From NCBI GenBank assembly GCA_038087875.1, contig CM075978.1, forward strand, positions 186,248,001 to 186,312,000: DNA of 64,000 nucleotides. Reading direction: 5' to 3'. This document shows, piece after piece, positions 9,966 through 23,190 of this stretch. A program made the translations under genes and the position numbers. The first letter of the stretch is position 1. Each line of letters begins with the position of its first letter. This stretch comes from Malacoraja senta (lineage: Eukaryota). The notes under the pieces were generated by a model that searched no databases, was not told where the DNA came from, and was given only the letters and a program-made list of their open reading frames with translations.

Positions 9966-12900
9966 AAATTGGTTATGGGATCATTCAGGGAGTGCCAAAA
10001 ATCTCATGTGGGATAAGGGTAGAATCTGTTTCAGTAACATTTTAATCTTGAAATCTTAACAATAGTATGCATATGCTTCCTCTTAGTGTGGAGAAAATTT
10101 CCTGAGTTTTCTACACAAAATAACAAACAGAACTGCAACAAAAAGATGCAAGCAGAAAGTTGCACAAATGATTTTAAAGCAAGAGTTGGAGAGCAGGGAA
10201 AGTACCTTAGTTTTGAAGGTCCAACGCACTAAAGCAAGAATCATGGTTGGATGTTTCAGCTCTACAAAGGAATACATCACGTGATGTGAAACACAGCTGT
10301 AGTAAGATCATGTAGCTTGGCAAGATGTGATCTGATGAGTGTGTAGAACGAGAGACATGAGGTGACATGGACCATAAATATTCTGAAATAATTGTTTTTT
10401 TATTAAAAACATGTGAGAGCTCATGAGCATTCCAAGGAGTAAACTCACGAGGTATTGAATCACACTTTGGTTCTGAGCAATATGGAGAGGAATGATAAAC
10501 TGGCAGTTTTGTGTAGTCACTGGAAGATTTCTGATTTCCCCCACATCCTGCAGAAGGACCATATCACTGTCCTAATTACAAATGTCCTTCGAGCTCAAGT
10601 CTCAGCACTTATTCCTCAAAACACAGCACTTTGAGCTCACATATAGCCACAATGGCTGCTCTGCAAAAGCCCAGCATCTGTTAAGCACTCAATCTGGGTT
10701 CGGTTGCTGGGCCTGAATCAGAAAGCAGCTAGGCGTTACCCTGCTCAGCATCTTTTAAACACTCAGTCTGGGTTTTGCTCAATTCATTCCTTAAAATTTA
10801 CAAAAGTGTATCTCTGTTGTTGGAGATAGCAGACAATGTGGGAAATACACTTGGGCACAATCTGGAAAGAAAATGAAAGTTAATGTTTGCATTCATAAAT
10901 TTATAGTCCTTGTCACATATTGGATGGATTTTAAATATTCTGTTCATTCCATTATATTTTTGCACCATTTATATCCCAAAGTGCAGGTGATTGAAATCCT
11001 CTGCTATATCAGATTTTTTTGGAAATATGCACACATGCTTATGCTTCTGTCTTCCTCTTCCTTTGATTATTTTGGGGTCTGTTTTGCACTCCAGCAGTGT
11101 ATTCACTTGCTTAACTTTGTACTTCACTTCAACTCTTTTGATGCTTCTTTTCCACATTGTCTCTCCTGGCTGCATTTGTTTATTTAACCATTATGGTCAT
11201 CACTAACACCCTCCCTCTCCAAGCTCAGTTGCAAATTCTCACTGGAGGAACTTTGAGCTGTCAAGCCTGCTCTTTTTGAGCTGTTTCATAATATCTTCCT
11301 TCAGTCAGTAATCGAGACACATCTGCCTTGTTCAAGCCCTGGTGCATTGACAAACACGCCATTAAGAATCTGCTTTTGTGCTTCATGTTGTTTTATCCGT
11401 AAATAATTATTTTATGTAATAACAAGGAACTACAGATGCTGGTTTATACCAAAGAAAGACACAAAATGCTGGAGTAACTCAGCGGATCAGGCAGCATCCT
11501 TGGAGAACATCGATCGGTGACATTTTGAGTGGGAATGTTGTTTGTGCTTTGTTCACATTTTCAGGAGTGTTATGTCTCTATTTATTTTGAACAAAACCAA
11601 GCAGAATTATATTGCATTGTAATTAATGCAAACAATTTGGGAAAAAATTGTTTGTTCTTAAAGTAAAGAACAGAGCAAGAGAAAGACTTCATTATATATC
11701 TGTATATCAAACTATTGTTAGAATTGATTTATACCTCAAAAATGTTTAATTGTATGATTGTGTACTTTTGCTCTTTGCCCAATTTGTTGACAGAAAAAGC
11801 AATGCAGGGAGGTGACATGCAATAAGATTAACTCTTGTGTTGAATCTCCTTCAAATGGGATTTTATTTTAAAAGATGTTTTGACCTGTAGAGTTGTGTTT
11901 GAGTAGTGGAGTAGGTGAGATTAAGTACTAAAACTAAGTAGTCCAGTTACTGCACAAATACACATAACTACTAACGTGCACCACTGCCTGTGTCCCATGG
12001 AAACTAAAGTACACAGTGCATTCCTGACAATGTAACAATGACCTTTCTCTCATTTCTTTCTTCCATCACTGTATTACACAGAAATGTGAATAATGTCTTG
12101 TAAGTTATTCTCGGTCCTTTCATTTTTCTTATCTATACACTGTTCAAGAACATTACCCTTGGGCATGATCAGCTTTCACATTTATGGCTATGATTTTGCA
12201 TGTACCTTATATGCACTGTCATAGCATTTTCTGGTGCACACCTGGGAATACAGTGACATAGAGATTGCTACATAGTCCTTGAAACGTAACAATTTTCATG
12301 TATTATGAAGTGCTGCAGATCCCAGTTTTAGCAAATGATGAAATGGTCACAACTTTCCATTTGGTATGTCAAGGCCATTCTTCCATGTGTGGCACTCTCC
12401 CAGAAGAGTGCCACACAGTCTGTTCATAGTCTGTTTGTCTTAAAATCAAACTTTAAATCTCTCACCATCTCCATTACTGAGAGCGATTTCCAGCTCCAGC
12501 GCTGATTGACCCAGTCTTCATTGCTAACACAATATATGCTTTTTCTAAACCTTTCTGACACCAATTTCCTTTGGTTCACACCAATACGTTCAACTATCCT
12601 ATTCAAGATGTATGTATACAATTTGAGAAGGAGAAGGTTAAATCGGAAGTGGCAGTGATGCAGCTGAACAAAGGTAATTATGAAGGCATGAGAGAGGGGC
12701 TGGCCGAGGTAGACTGGAAAGAGATACTAGCAGGAATGACGGTGGAACAGCAATGGCAAGAATTTCTGGGCATAATCAAGAAGACACAGGATCATTTCAT
12801 TCCAAAAAGGAAGAAAGATTCTAAGGGGAGTAGGAGGCAACCGTGGCTGACAAGAGAAGTTAGGGATAGAATAAAACAAAAAGAAAAGATGTATAACACA

Positions 12901-14458
12901 GCAAAGAGTAGCCGGAAGCCAGAGGATTGGGAAACTTTCATAGGACAACAGAAGGAAACAAAACAGGCAATACGGCTGAAAAGATGAAGTACGAAGGGAA
13001 GCTGGCCAGGAATATAAAGAAGGACAGTAAAAGCTTCTTTAGATATGTTAAGGGAAAAAGAGTAGCAAAGTTAAATGTGGGTCCCTTGAAGGCAGACACG
13101 GGTGAAATTATTATGGGGAACAAGGAAATGGCAGAAGAGTTGAACAGGCACTTCGGATCTGTCTTCACTAAGGAAGACACAAACAATCTCCCAGAAGTAC
13201 TGGAGGACAGAGGATCTAAGGGGGTCGAGGAACTGAAAGAAATTTTCAATAGGCGAGAAATGGTATTGGGTAGGCTAATGGGACTGAAGGATGATAAATC
13301 CCCAGGGCCTGATGGACTGCATCCCAGGTTCCTCAGGGAGGTGGCTCAAGAAATAGTGGACGCATTGGTGATCATTTTCCAATGTTCAATAGATTCAGGA
13401 TCAGTTCCTGTGGATTGGAGGATAGCTAATGTTATCCCACTTTTCAAGAAAGGAGCGAGAGAGAAAACGGGGAATTACAGACCAGTTAGCCTGACTTCGG
13501 TGGTGGGAAAGATGCTAGAGTCAATTATTAAAGAGGTAATAATGGGGCATTTGGATAGCAGTAAAATGATTAGTCCAAGTCAGCATGGATTTATGAAAGG
13601 AAAATCATGCTTGACTAATCTTCTGGAATTTTTTGAGGATGTGACAAGTAAAATGGATGAAGGGGAGCCAGTGGATGTAGTGTATCTAGCCTTTCAGAAG
13701 CCTTTGATAAGGTCCCGCACGGGAGACTGGTGACTAAAATTAGAGCACATGGTATTGGGGGTAAGGTGTTGACGTGGATAGAAATTTGGTTGGCAGACAG
13801 GAAGCAAAGAGTAGGAGTGAACGCGTCCTTTTCAGAATGGCAGGCAGTGGCGAGTGGAGTGCCGCAAGGCTCGGTGTTGGGGCCGCAACTGTTTACCATA
13901 TATATTAATGATTTGGAAGAGGGAATTAGGAGCAACACTAGCAAGTTTGCGGATGACTCAAAGCTGGGTGGCAGTGTGAACTGTGAAGAGGATGTTAGGA
14001 GGTTGCAGGGTGACCTGGACAGGTTGAGTGAGTGGGCAGATGCGTGGCAGATGCAGTATAATATAGATAAATGTGAGGTTATCCACTTTGGTGGCAAAAA
14101 CAAGGGGGCAGATTATTATCTCAATGGGGTTAGGTTAGGTAAGGGGGAGGTACAGTGAGACCTGGGTGTCCTTGTACATCGGTCACTGAAAGTTGGTGTG
14201 CAGGTACAGCAGGCAGTGAAGAAAGCTAATGGAATGTTGGCCTTCATGACAAGAGGATTTCAGTATAGGAGTAGAGATGTTCTGCATTTGTAATGGGCTC
14301 TGGTAAGACTACATCTGGAGTATTGCGTACAGTTTTGGTCTCCTAATTTGAGGAAGGACATCCTTGTGATTGAGGCAGTGCAGCTTAGGTTCACAAGATT
14401 GATCCCTGGGATGGCGGGACTGTCATATGAGGAAAGATTGAAAAGACTAGGCTTGTAT

Positions 14459-15960
14459 CAGGGCTGCCAACTCTCACGCATTGAGCGTGAGAATCACACA
14501 TTTCGACAAATCCTCACGCACTCACGCTGATCACAAATTTCTCACGCTCTGTTGTGAGAAATTCTGTGATCAACGAAAATTTCCAAATTCATCAACTGCA
14601 TGGGCCACGGGTAGTTGGAGAGCCGGGGCTGAGGGAGGGATGGAAGCAGAAGCAGCGGTGGGCGAGTGTTTGCGGGCTGGCGAGTCGCTCGCTGCATCTC
14701 CTGCCATGGAGCAGCCTCAGTTCAAGAGTCCCGGGCCGTCGGAAGCGTTGCGCCGCTGCCCTGAGAGTCTCTGTGCCGAATTCGCTCTGGTGACCGGCAT
14801 GGACCAGGCTGCGGCTCGGTGCATCCTGGAGGACCGGGCAGTGAATGAGTGTCACCCAGCGCAGCAAGTAAGGCCATGTCCTGCTCCCGGCGGCAGTCAG
14901 AATTTGAGGATTTGCGGGAAGCGACTGACATGAGTGAGGCCGGCGAACGGCAGGAGAGAGGTACATGGGCTACGGAACCGGGGGGACTGCAGCCCCCCGC
15001 CCCACTTTTTTGGCTGGACATGTTCCAATATCTCCGGCTTTGGACGAGGCGCCGCTGTGTTCTGAGCAACCTGGTCGTGGGTGTTGGAGGGAGGGATGGA
15101 AGCAGAGGCGGGGGCAGATGCTGATGGGGAGCCGGGGCTGGCGAGTGTTTGCAGGGCTGGCGAGTGTTTGCCGGGCTGGCGAGTCGCTCGCTGTAGCTCC
15201 GGCCATGGTGCAGCCTCAGTGCAAGAGTACCGGGCCGTCGGAGGCGTCAGAAGCGTTGCGCCGCTACCTGTGGACTTGAACGTAATATGTTAAGTCCAGG
15301 GGGTCAGATGTGGGGCTTTATGTGTGGGCCAGATATATTGTCAGTGCAGAGGGGCTGGGAGCAAGGCCAAGTGTGCATCCAGAGTCATGGTCTCGAATAG
15401 TACTAGGTGTGCAGTCAAAGCTGGGACAATGGGAGTGTTCAGCACTGGGAACCTAAGCAGGTAAGCAGCTATGATCAGGGTAGAATAGGGGGCCAGGTGC
15501 AAGGCTGGACTCGGGGTCAGGAATGAGAGAAGGTATGCAACTGGAGTCAAGGTCATGAGTAGTACCAGGTGTGCAGTGAGCCCCAGGTTGGTCAACATGG
15601 GCCAAGTGCTTGATTATAATCTGATTTCCATACATGAATACACTAAGATCATTCATGTGCTGCACCTGTTGATCAGAGCCTGGCTCTACTGTGGAATGTA
15701 ATTAGGAATGTAATTTAGCCTAACCTTATTCATAGCTAATCCAATTTGAAGCATAAATATTGCATTCAAGTGTAAGTTAAAAGACTCGCTACAGTATGCA
15801 CCAGATTGCACAATTTCAAGCTGAAAAATGCAAAAGCTCCGTACCAATGGGAGTGGTGCACCCCCCTCCCACACCCTCCCCCTCCAGGTTTCTACGCTCC
15901 CTCGGGCTTGGTCTCTCGTAATTTCTCACTCCCAACTCTCACCCAATGTTGGCAGCCCTG
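14459..15960. mobile_element. Non-autonomous hAT-like DNA transposon, 1502 bp, 7-bp TSD
   Basis: Perfect 13-bp TIRs CAGGGCTGCCAAC / GTTGGCAGCCCTG; TSD CTTGTAT at 14452-14458 and 15961-15967; removal restores CR1 RLGLYSLEF. Confidence 0.92.
14640..14840 (+). pseudogene. Captured TDP2-like N-terminal UBA-like fragment inside the transposon
   Basis: RRCPESLCAEFALVTGMDQAAARCILED aligns by eye to human TDP2 RRLLCVEFASVASCDAAVAQCFLAEND (recalled). Confidence 0.6.
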
Positions 15961-17071
15961 CTTGTATTCACTGGAGTTTAGAAGGATGAGGGGGGATCTT
16001 ATAGAAACATATAAAATTATAAACGGACTGGACAAGCTAGATGCAGGAAAAATGTTCCCAATATTGGGCGAGTCCAGAACCAGGGGCCACAGTCTTAGAA
16101 TAAAGGGGAGGCCATTTAAGACTGAGGTGAGAAAAAACTTTTTCACCCAGAGCGTTGTGAATTTGTGGAATTCCCTGCCACAGAGGGCAGTGGAGGCCAA
16201 ATCACTGGATGGATTTAAGAGAGAGTTAGATAGAGCTCTAGGGAATAGATGAATCAAGGGATATGGGGAGAAGGCAGGCACGGGTTATTGATTGGGGACG
16301 ATCAGCCATGATCACAATGAATGGCGGTGCTGGCTCGAAGGGCGAAATGGCCTCCTCCTGCACCTACTTTCTATGTATCTATGTTTATTATTCATACATT
16401 TTCCCTGCCCAATACAGATTACCTAAAGAAGACGTAAAATGCTGGAGTAACTCAGCGGGTCAGGCAGCACCTCTGGAGAAATTGATATGTGACCTTTCAA
16501 GGCAGGACTCTTCTTTAGACTCCATTTTGAGTCGGGACCCTTCTTCAGACTAGTTTTGGGTTGGGACCCTTCTTCAGGCTGGTCGTAGAGCAGGGGAAGA
16601 GCAGGAATCACAGAGGGGGAGCAGAGAGAGGAGGTCTCAGAACTCCTGTCAGGGGTGAGAATTTCTTCAAAGTAGGCCTACCTTGAGGACATTTTGCAGT
16701 GGAGCAGTAAAATATAAATACAAGAACATCAGATTCTGGTTCCATTTAAAAAAAAATGTATATACAGATTACCTCACCGTCTCAATTTAAAAAAAAACTT
16801 GCATCCTTCCTCTATACGTCCTTCATCTGTCTCTTTATTCTATACTAAATAAATCTTCTAAATCCAGCTGTCTCTGCAACTCTGTTCTTTGCCAGTTCAT
16901 TGTTGGCAGAGACTTCTGTGCTTACGTCATGCTGTTTGATATTCCCTCTTTCCATCTTTTGTACTTTTTAAAACTCTCCAATCATTTCAGCTTGTTGCAA
17001 CAATTTTTGCTTGTAACAGTATTTTATAGAGCATCTTTTATAAAGGTTCTCTCTAAATGTATGTATGTTTT

Positions 17072-17357
17072 AGGCATAAGGGGTAGGCCATTTAGGACTG
17101 AGATGAGGAAAAACTTTTTACCCAGAAAGTTGTGAATCTGGAATTTTCTGCCACAGAAGGCAGTGGAGGCCAATTCACTGGATGTTTTCAAGAGAGAGTT
17201 AGATTTAGCTCTTAGGGCTAACGGAATCAAGGGATATGTGGAAAAAGCAGGAACGGGGTACTGATTTTCGATGATCAGCCATGATCATATTGAATGGTAG
17301 TGCTGGCTCGAATAGCCGAATGACCTACTCCTGCACCTATTTTTCTATGTTTCTATG
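17072..17357 (+). mobile_element. CR1 3' end fragment
   Basis: IRGRPFRTEMRKNF; GATCAGCCATGATCATATTGAATGG; TTCTATG tail. Confidence 0.85.
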
Positions 17358-18704
17358 AATCCTGCCCTGTTTGGTATATTGTCTATAAATAGCTAATAAA
17401 TGTAGAGTCTGTTCAATATTGATTCAGAAATGTTGCACTGTCTCAGTACTCTGTGAGGTATGGCAAAAGGAACTTGCATTGGTTTAGCACATTTAATGTA
17501 TGAGAACATCTAAAAATATTTTACAAAGGTGGAATTGTTAAAAATTGATACCTAGCCAAAGGAGATGTTAGGAAAGGATGGGACCAAAACTTAGTTAAAT
17601 ATTTAGCTTTTAAGAAGGTTTACAAAAATGCAAAGATGATGGTTCAAAATTTATACTTTGTATAAATTGAGGGAACTCGTACCATGGCTGATACCAGTGG
17701 GATAAGGGAACAGGGTAAGAGGCCAATTATATTCACTTTAAATTCTGGAATGGATCATCTGTTTCTACAGCAGGAATTCTGCCAACCTGGGGCAAACTGA
17801 CACCTGGAATCTATTTTGTAAAGATAGCGTAAGAGCAGGGCCGAATTTATTCTGTTGGGGGCAGGGGTCTGCTCATAGCCAGTTTCAATTGTGAAATGCA
17901 GTGTTTGTGTGGCATGACACGAGTCAATAAAAAAGCCTTATAAAAAATAACTATTTGGGTACGGGTAAAATGTGGCATAAATTAAATATTTATGTTATGA
18001 AATATAACTAGATAAAAACGCATCTGGTAATTAACTAATCGGGGAAAAATAAGTTTGTAAGGAAGATTTTTATTGAATTCACTCTTCATTTTTGAGATCC
18101 TTCACTTACTGAAAGAAGTACAGTAGAGTTCCCATTATTTGCACTGGAATTATCTACCAGAGGTTTTGTGGGACAAGAGCTGTAGAAACTGCAAAGGATC
18201 TTTTGTATCCAATGTTTTAAAGATTATGTATTAAAAAAACATCTGTGCAGACTTTCTGGCAGCCTGCTCTATTTAAAAGTCTTATCTACCCACTGATAAG
18301 GGAAAAAGTCCCCATTATTCTGTCATGTTGTAAGATTGTAGGTTCTGCAATGTTATGGTAGTTGTATTGTCTGTTTGCATAAGTAGTTTAATTGTAGAAA
18401 TTTATTATGAAAATATAAGAATGAGCCGTGAATATTAAAATGGGGTTTAGAATAGCCTGTTTCTCCTCTTTAAATATTCATTGCTGTCTACCTTCACTTC
18501 ACCTGGAGATTACGAGATGTAAAATGTGAGAGGTTTACTGTTTAACTTTGTTTCTTTGTGGGATTTGTGCGCTATGTATGCAAGATCAAAATCTAGGGAC
18601 GTAAGCTTTCTGAATTTTCATTATGTATGTAGGTGAATGCTCTCTATTTAAAGCTACGAATATATTGTAAATATACCCTTTATTCTCTTGCTATACACTG
18701 TGGA

Positions 18705-18870
18705 CAATAGACAGTAGGTGCAGGAGTAGGCCATTCAGCCCTTCAAGTCAGCACCGCCATTCAATGTGATCATGGCTGATCATCCCCAATCAGTACCCCG
18801 TTCCTGCCTTCTCCCCATATCCCATAACTCCGCTATTTTTAAGAGCCCTATCTAGCTCTCTCTTGAAAGC
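18705..18870 (-). mobile_element. CR1 3' UTR fragment
   Basis: GGTGCAGGAGTAGGCCATTC...GATCATGGCTGATC...CTCTTGAA. Confidence 0.8.
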
Positions 18871-18969
18871 GGATTGATTGTAATCGTGTATTGTCTTTTC
18901 ATTGACTGGATAGCATGCAACAAAAAGTTTTTCACTGTACCTTAGTATACAATACAATAATACGAAACA

Positions 18970-20520
18970 TTAGTTATCCTCCAGTCTTCCAGTACCTCAC
19001 CCTTGGCTGAGAAGATACAAAAATCCCTGCCAAGGCCCCAGTAATTTCAGCAATGTTCTAGGAATGCATATGTCAGACCCCAGAGATTTATCCTTTATGT
19101 ACCTCGAGACTGTCCGCATCCCTTTTGTTATATCAATATGTTTAGGACATCATTGTGCACTGAATTCTTCAGCTTCCTTGACTTCCATAGTAATGGAAAT
19201 GAGAGGTATTCATTTAAGAATAAGTCCATCTCCTGGTAGCTCCAAACATGGACGACCATTCTGATCGTTAAGGGGACCTATTCTCTCCCTGATTGCTCTT
19301 GGCATAGTTGTAGAATCTCTTTGGATTCTCCATGACCTTATTTGCATTCCTGATTTCCTTCCAAAGTGTACTGCATCTCTTACACTCAATGGTTTTGCTT
19401 GTAGCCAGCAGAATAACCTGTCATACATCTCCTTTTTCCTAACTGGAGTCTTAATATTCCTTGTTAGCATGGTTCCCTACTACTGCCAGCCTTGCTCTTC
19501 ACTTTCACAGGAACATGTTGATCCTGAATTTTCTCTCATTTACTAAAACCTCCTACTTTCCAGAAGTCATTTTACCTACTAGGAGTCTCCCAGTCAGCTT
19601 TGGCAAGTTCCTGTCCAATGCAATCAAAATTAGCCTTGCCCCTATTTACAACTTATACTTGTGTATAAGTCCTAGCTTTTTCTTAAAATGAATACAATTA
19701 TAGTCACAGATCCCAAGGAGCTCCTCCACTGATTGTCCAGCCTCATTTCCTAAGGCAGATCAAGTGCAGTACCCTTTCTACTAGGATCAACTACATATTG
19801 TTTGAGAAAACTTTCCTGGACATAGTTTCCTGGACATAATTATGCCCAGACATAGCACTATGTCTGTTCCAGTCAATATTAGGGAAGTTAATATCATCTC
19901 CTATTATATCTCTATTGTTCCTAAAGCTATCTGTGAGCTCCCTACACATTGCTCCTTTAATTCGGATGGACTAGTGAAGAGCCTATGGTACGATATAATC
20001 ACAGAGTTTACCCCATTCTTATTTCACCCACGTAGCCTCACTGGTTATGAGTATCCTCTCTTAAGTACTGCCATGATGTTCTCCCTAATCAAAAATGTCT
20101 CTGACCTGCTTGTAGCATTTGTACTCTGGAACATTGAACTGCCACTCCTGTTCATCGCTCAACCACGTTTCTGTAATGACTATGATATCATAATCCCATA
20201 AGTTTAGCCATGCCCCGAGCTCATCTGTCTTGTCTGTCAGTTTTGCTTTTCAGACCTTCCTTGCTTTCTGTCATGCCCCTGCCTGTCCTGTCTTCTGGAC
20301 TTGCTCATTTTATTTTCTATAGTTACATTAACTTTTTTATCAGCCGTCCTACTACTTTGTGCAGCTCGAGCAAATCTCCCCTCTGGGATCTTGGTCCTTC
20401 TCTAGTTCAGGTGGAACCCATCTCTCTTGCACAGGTACCCTCTGCCCCAGAAGAGTTCTCAATGGTCCAAGAACCTGAATCCATTTCCCTTGCTCCAGCT
20501 CCTCAGCTACTTATCATCTC
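18970..20520 (-). mobile_element. Old, degenerate CR1-like LINE body
   Basis: Sequence resembles reverse-complement CR1 ORF2/ORF1 (CCTCCAGTC..GTACCTCACC; GCTCCAAACATGGACGACCATT); no intact ORF. Confidence 0.45.
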
Positions 20521-22374
20521 CTATTATATTAGACAAAATATCATAAAACTGTAAAAATACGTTTTCTTTGGGAATGTGAGACTATAACAAGCCTAATAAT
20601 AATCTGTTCCATGTGCATTATTAACGATGGTATTTTGCCCAGCTAATCATTCTTGTACATACGAATTCTGAACAATGAATGGTAATAAACTTTAATGTAT
20701 CCATAGCTTCCTTTATTCGTCTGGCACGTGTAATATGTTTACTTTCAAAATTCTCAACTTTTCAGTTTTCCCTACTGTTGGCAGAGAGAGCAAGACATTC
20801 TTCATTGTAAATGTTATAGCTTGTTCTTTAAAGTGTATACATGGATGATATGGCTTCTCTGTAAACTCTTTTGGTGTCGCATCATCATTTCCTAAATACA
20901 AGGTTTTTCACAGTTCACGATGCTGCAGAATCAGCTGTTTTTCATCTCCGTGCACTGAGTTCCCTGCATTTTTCTGGGTCGTATCATAGCCTTTCATAAT
21001 GGGTTTGTAAATGTGCTAAGTTTGTTGAATGTCAGCACTAGATTGACTTGGTATTTGTTTGTTGACCAATATCTGGATTGTTTTTTAAATTTGAAAAGTA
21101 TTAAAAGTATTCTAATCCATTTAAACTTTCCTCGAGCGGTTAAGATGGCAAATGGTATGCTGTTTCATAGCTAGAAGATTTGAGTACAGGAGCAAGAATG
21201 TCTTACTTCAGTTAGGCTGGACATTGGTTAGACTGCTTTTTCAGTACTGTGCCAATATGGTCTCCTTAACTTAAAAAAATATATATACTTGCCATAGAGG
21301 TAATGCAGTGCAGGTTCACCAGACTGATTCCAGGATGGCTGGACTGCCATGTCAGGAGAGATTATCAACTAAGTTTATAGTCTTGAGAATTTAGAACAAT
21401 GAAAGGTGATTTCACTGATGTTTACACAATTCACTTGAACAATACATTAAGATCACCAACTGATGGTTTTTGATATGCTTCTTTGAAGAGTAAATTGAGT
21501 AACATAGTATTAGATTTGGATGTTTGAAGTAGAGGAATCACTCAACAAATGTATTTATATGGTAGGTGTTAATTGTATAAGATAACACGGACATTTTGCC
21601 ATTAATCTTCACCAATATTATTCAGTGTTTGGCTGAGTTGTGCTTGGCCACTTTGTACTCTATTCTGGACATTCCGTATTTCCACATTATGCTGTGCAGC
21701 CACTTCCCACAGCATAAAATCTGACTCATTTAAAATTCATCGCTTTTGATTTCAGAATGCTCCTGAAGTTTCAGCGATGACACAGTTAGTTGCATTCTGG
21801 CTTTCAGTTCGGATTGCAGATTCAAATCCCAATCAAGTCTAGTGCACAAACACCCTGGCTTGTTAAACAAATGCATTGAACATTTTAGCAGGTATTGGAA
21901 TCAGTGAAACTATTTTTTTTTTTAAAGCTGTGAATAGTTTACAAAATGCAATACTTAAAAATGTAATTATAATTTAAAACCTTCAACAGTTTATTTCAGA
22001 ACTAAAATTGCAAATTTTCCAATACATATCCTTGTCCTTTTGTCTATTCTTCTCCATTGAAATGAATGGGTTTATTGCAAGTACACTGGGTCTATTATAA
22101 CACTAATTTAGCGAGTAGATTGTTGGGGGATTGCAGCAAGTTTACAAGGTTCCACCAGACTACATCATGAGTCCAGTAATTAAGCTGGAAACCTCAGTGT
22201 AGATTGCCAGGAAGTTTAGAACGCCTGTGTTTGTGTGTGAGCCTTGAACTTTTTGACATTTGCAGGTGTAATTGCCGGACATCTAGTAGGACACGGCCAA
22301 TATTTCCTGGCACACTTTCATCCATCTGAAAAATGGGACTGAAATGTAACTCGCTTGAACTGAAACTTAACCTA

Positions 22375-22970
22375 TAGAAACATAGAAAAATAAGTGCATG
22401 AGTAGGCTATTCAGTCCTTCGAGCCAGCATCGCCATTCAATATGATCATGGCTAATCATCTGAATGTGGACCTGTGGAAAAGAACAAGCCAGGAGCCCAT
22501 TGACAAATTAGAAGGAGTAAATGGAGTTGGATTGAACACCCTCAGGAAACCTGCCACAAACATCATCCAGCAAGCCCTGAAATGGAACCTGCAAAGAAAA
22601 AGGAAATGAGGTCGCCCCAGGAACAGCTGGAGAAGAGGTGTCCAGACAGAAAAGTCTGAGAGTGGGCTCAACTGGGGAGATCTCGAAAGAACTGCCAACA
22701 ACTGATTGAGGTGGAGGACATTTGTCAATGGCCAATGCTCCCTGGAGGAGCAAAGGGCTGAAGAAGAAGAAGTAGGCCATTCAGCCCTTCGAGCCTGCAT
22801 CGCCATTCAATATGATCATGGCTGATCATCTGAAATCGGTGCCCTGTACCTGCTTTTTCCCCCCCATATTCCTTTTAGCCCTAAGAGCTAAATCTAACTC
22901 TCTCTGGAAAACATCCAATGCATTGGCCACCACTGCCTTCTGTGGCAGAGAAATGCACATTCACAACTAC
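22375..22970 (-). mobile_element. CR1 3' fragment hosting an RTE insertion
   Basis: CATAGAAA tail, GATCATGGCT, TAAGAGCTAAATCTAACTC. Confidence 0.8.
22465..22770 (+). mobile_element. 5'-truncated RTE-clade LINE 3' end with (GAA)n tail
   Basis: Decayed DLWKRTSQEPI..RRSKWSWI..TLRKPATNIIQQALKWN..GRPRNSWRR; 64-bp flanking duplication. Confidence 0.75.
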
Positions 22971-23190
22971 CTGAAATTTGACCATGAGTACTTGCTTTCT
23001 CCCTCCTTCCCCTCCCCTTCCCAGCTCTCCCACAAGCCTACTGTCTCCGCCTCTTCCTCTTCTTTATCCCGCGCCTAGCCCCCCCCCGACATCAGTCTGA
23101 AGAAGGGTCTCGACCCAAAATGTCACCTATTCCTTCTCTCCATAGATGCTGCCTCACCCGCTGAGTTTCTCCAGCATTTTTGTCTACCTT
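22970..23190 (+). mobile_element. Penelope-like 3' end / pLTR
   Basis: CT-rich tract, then CAGTCTGAAGAAGGGTCTCGACCC..GATGCTGCCTCACCCGCTGAG. Confidence 0.8.

Larger units (their letters stand above)
12620..16385 (+). mobile_element. 5'-truncated vertebrate-type CR1 LINE ORF2, interrupted by a DNA transposon
   Basis: KSPGPDGLHPR, NYRPVSLTSVVGK, QHGFMKGKSCLTNL, SGVPQGSVLGP, KFADD, LYSLEFRRMRGDLIE, FFTQSVVNLWN; (TCTATG)n-like tail. Confidence 0.95.
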
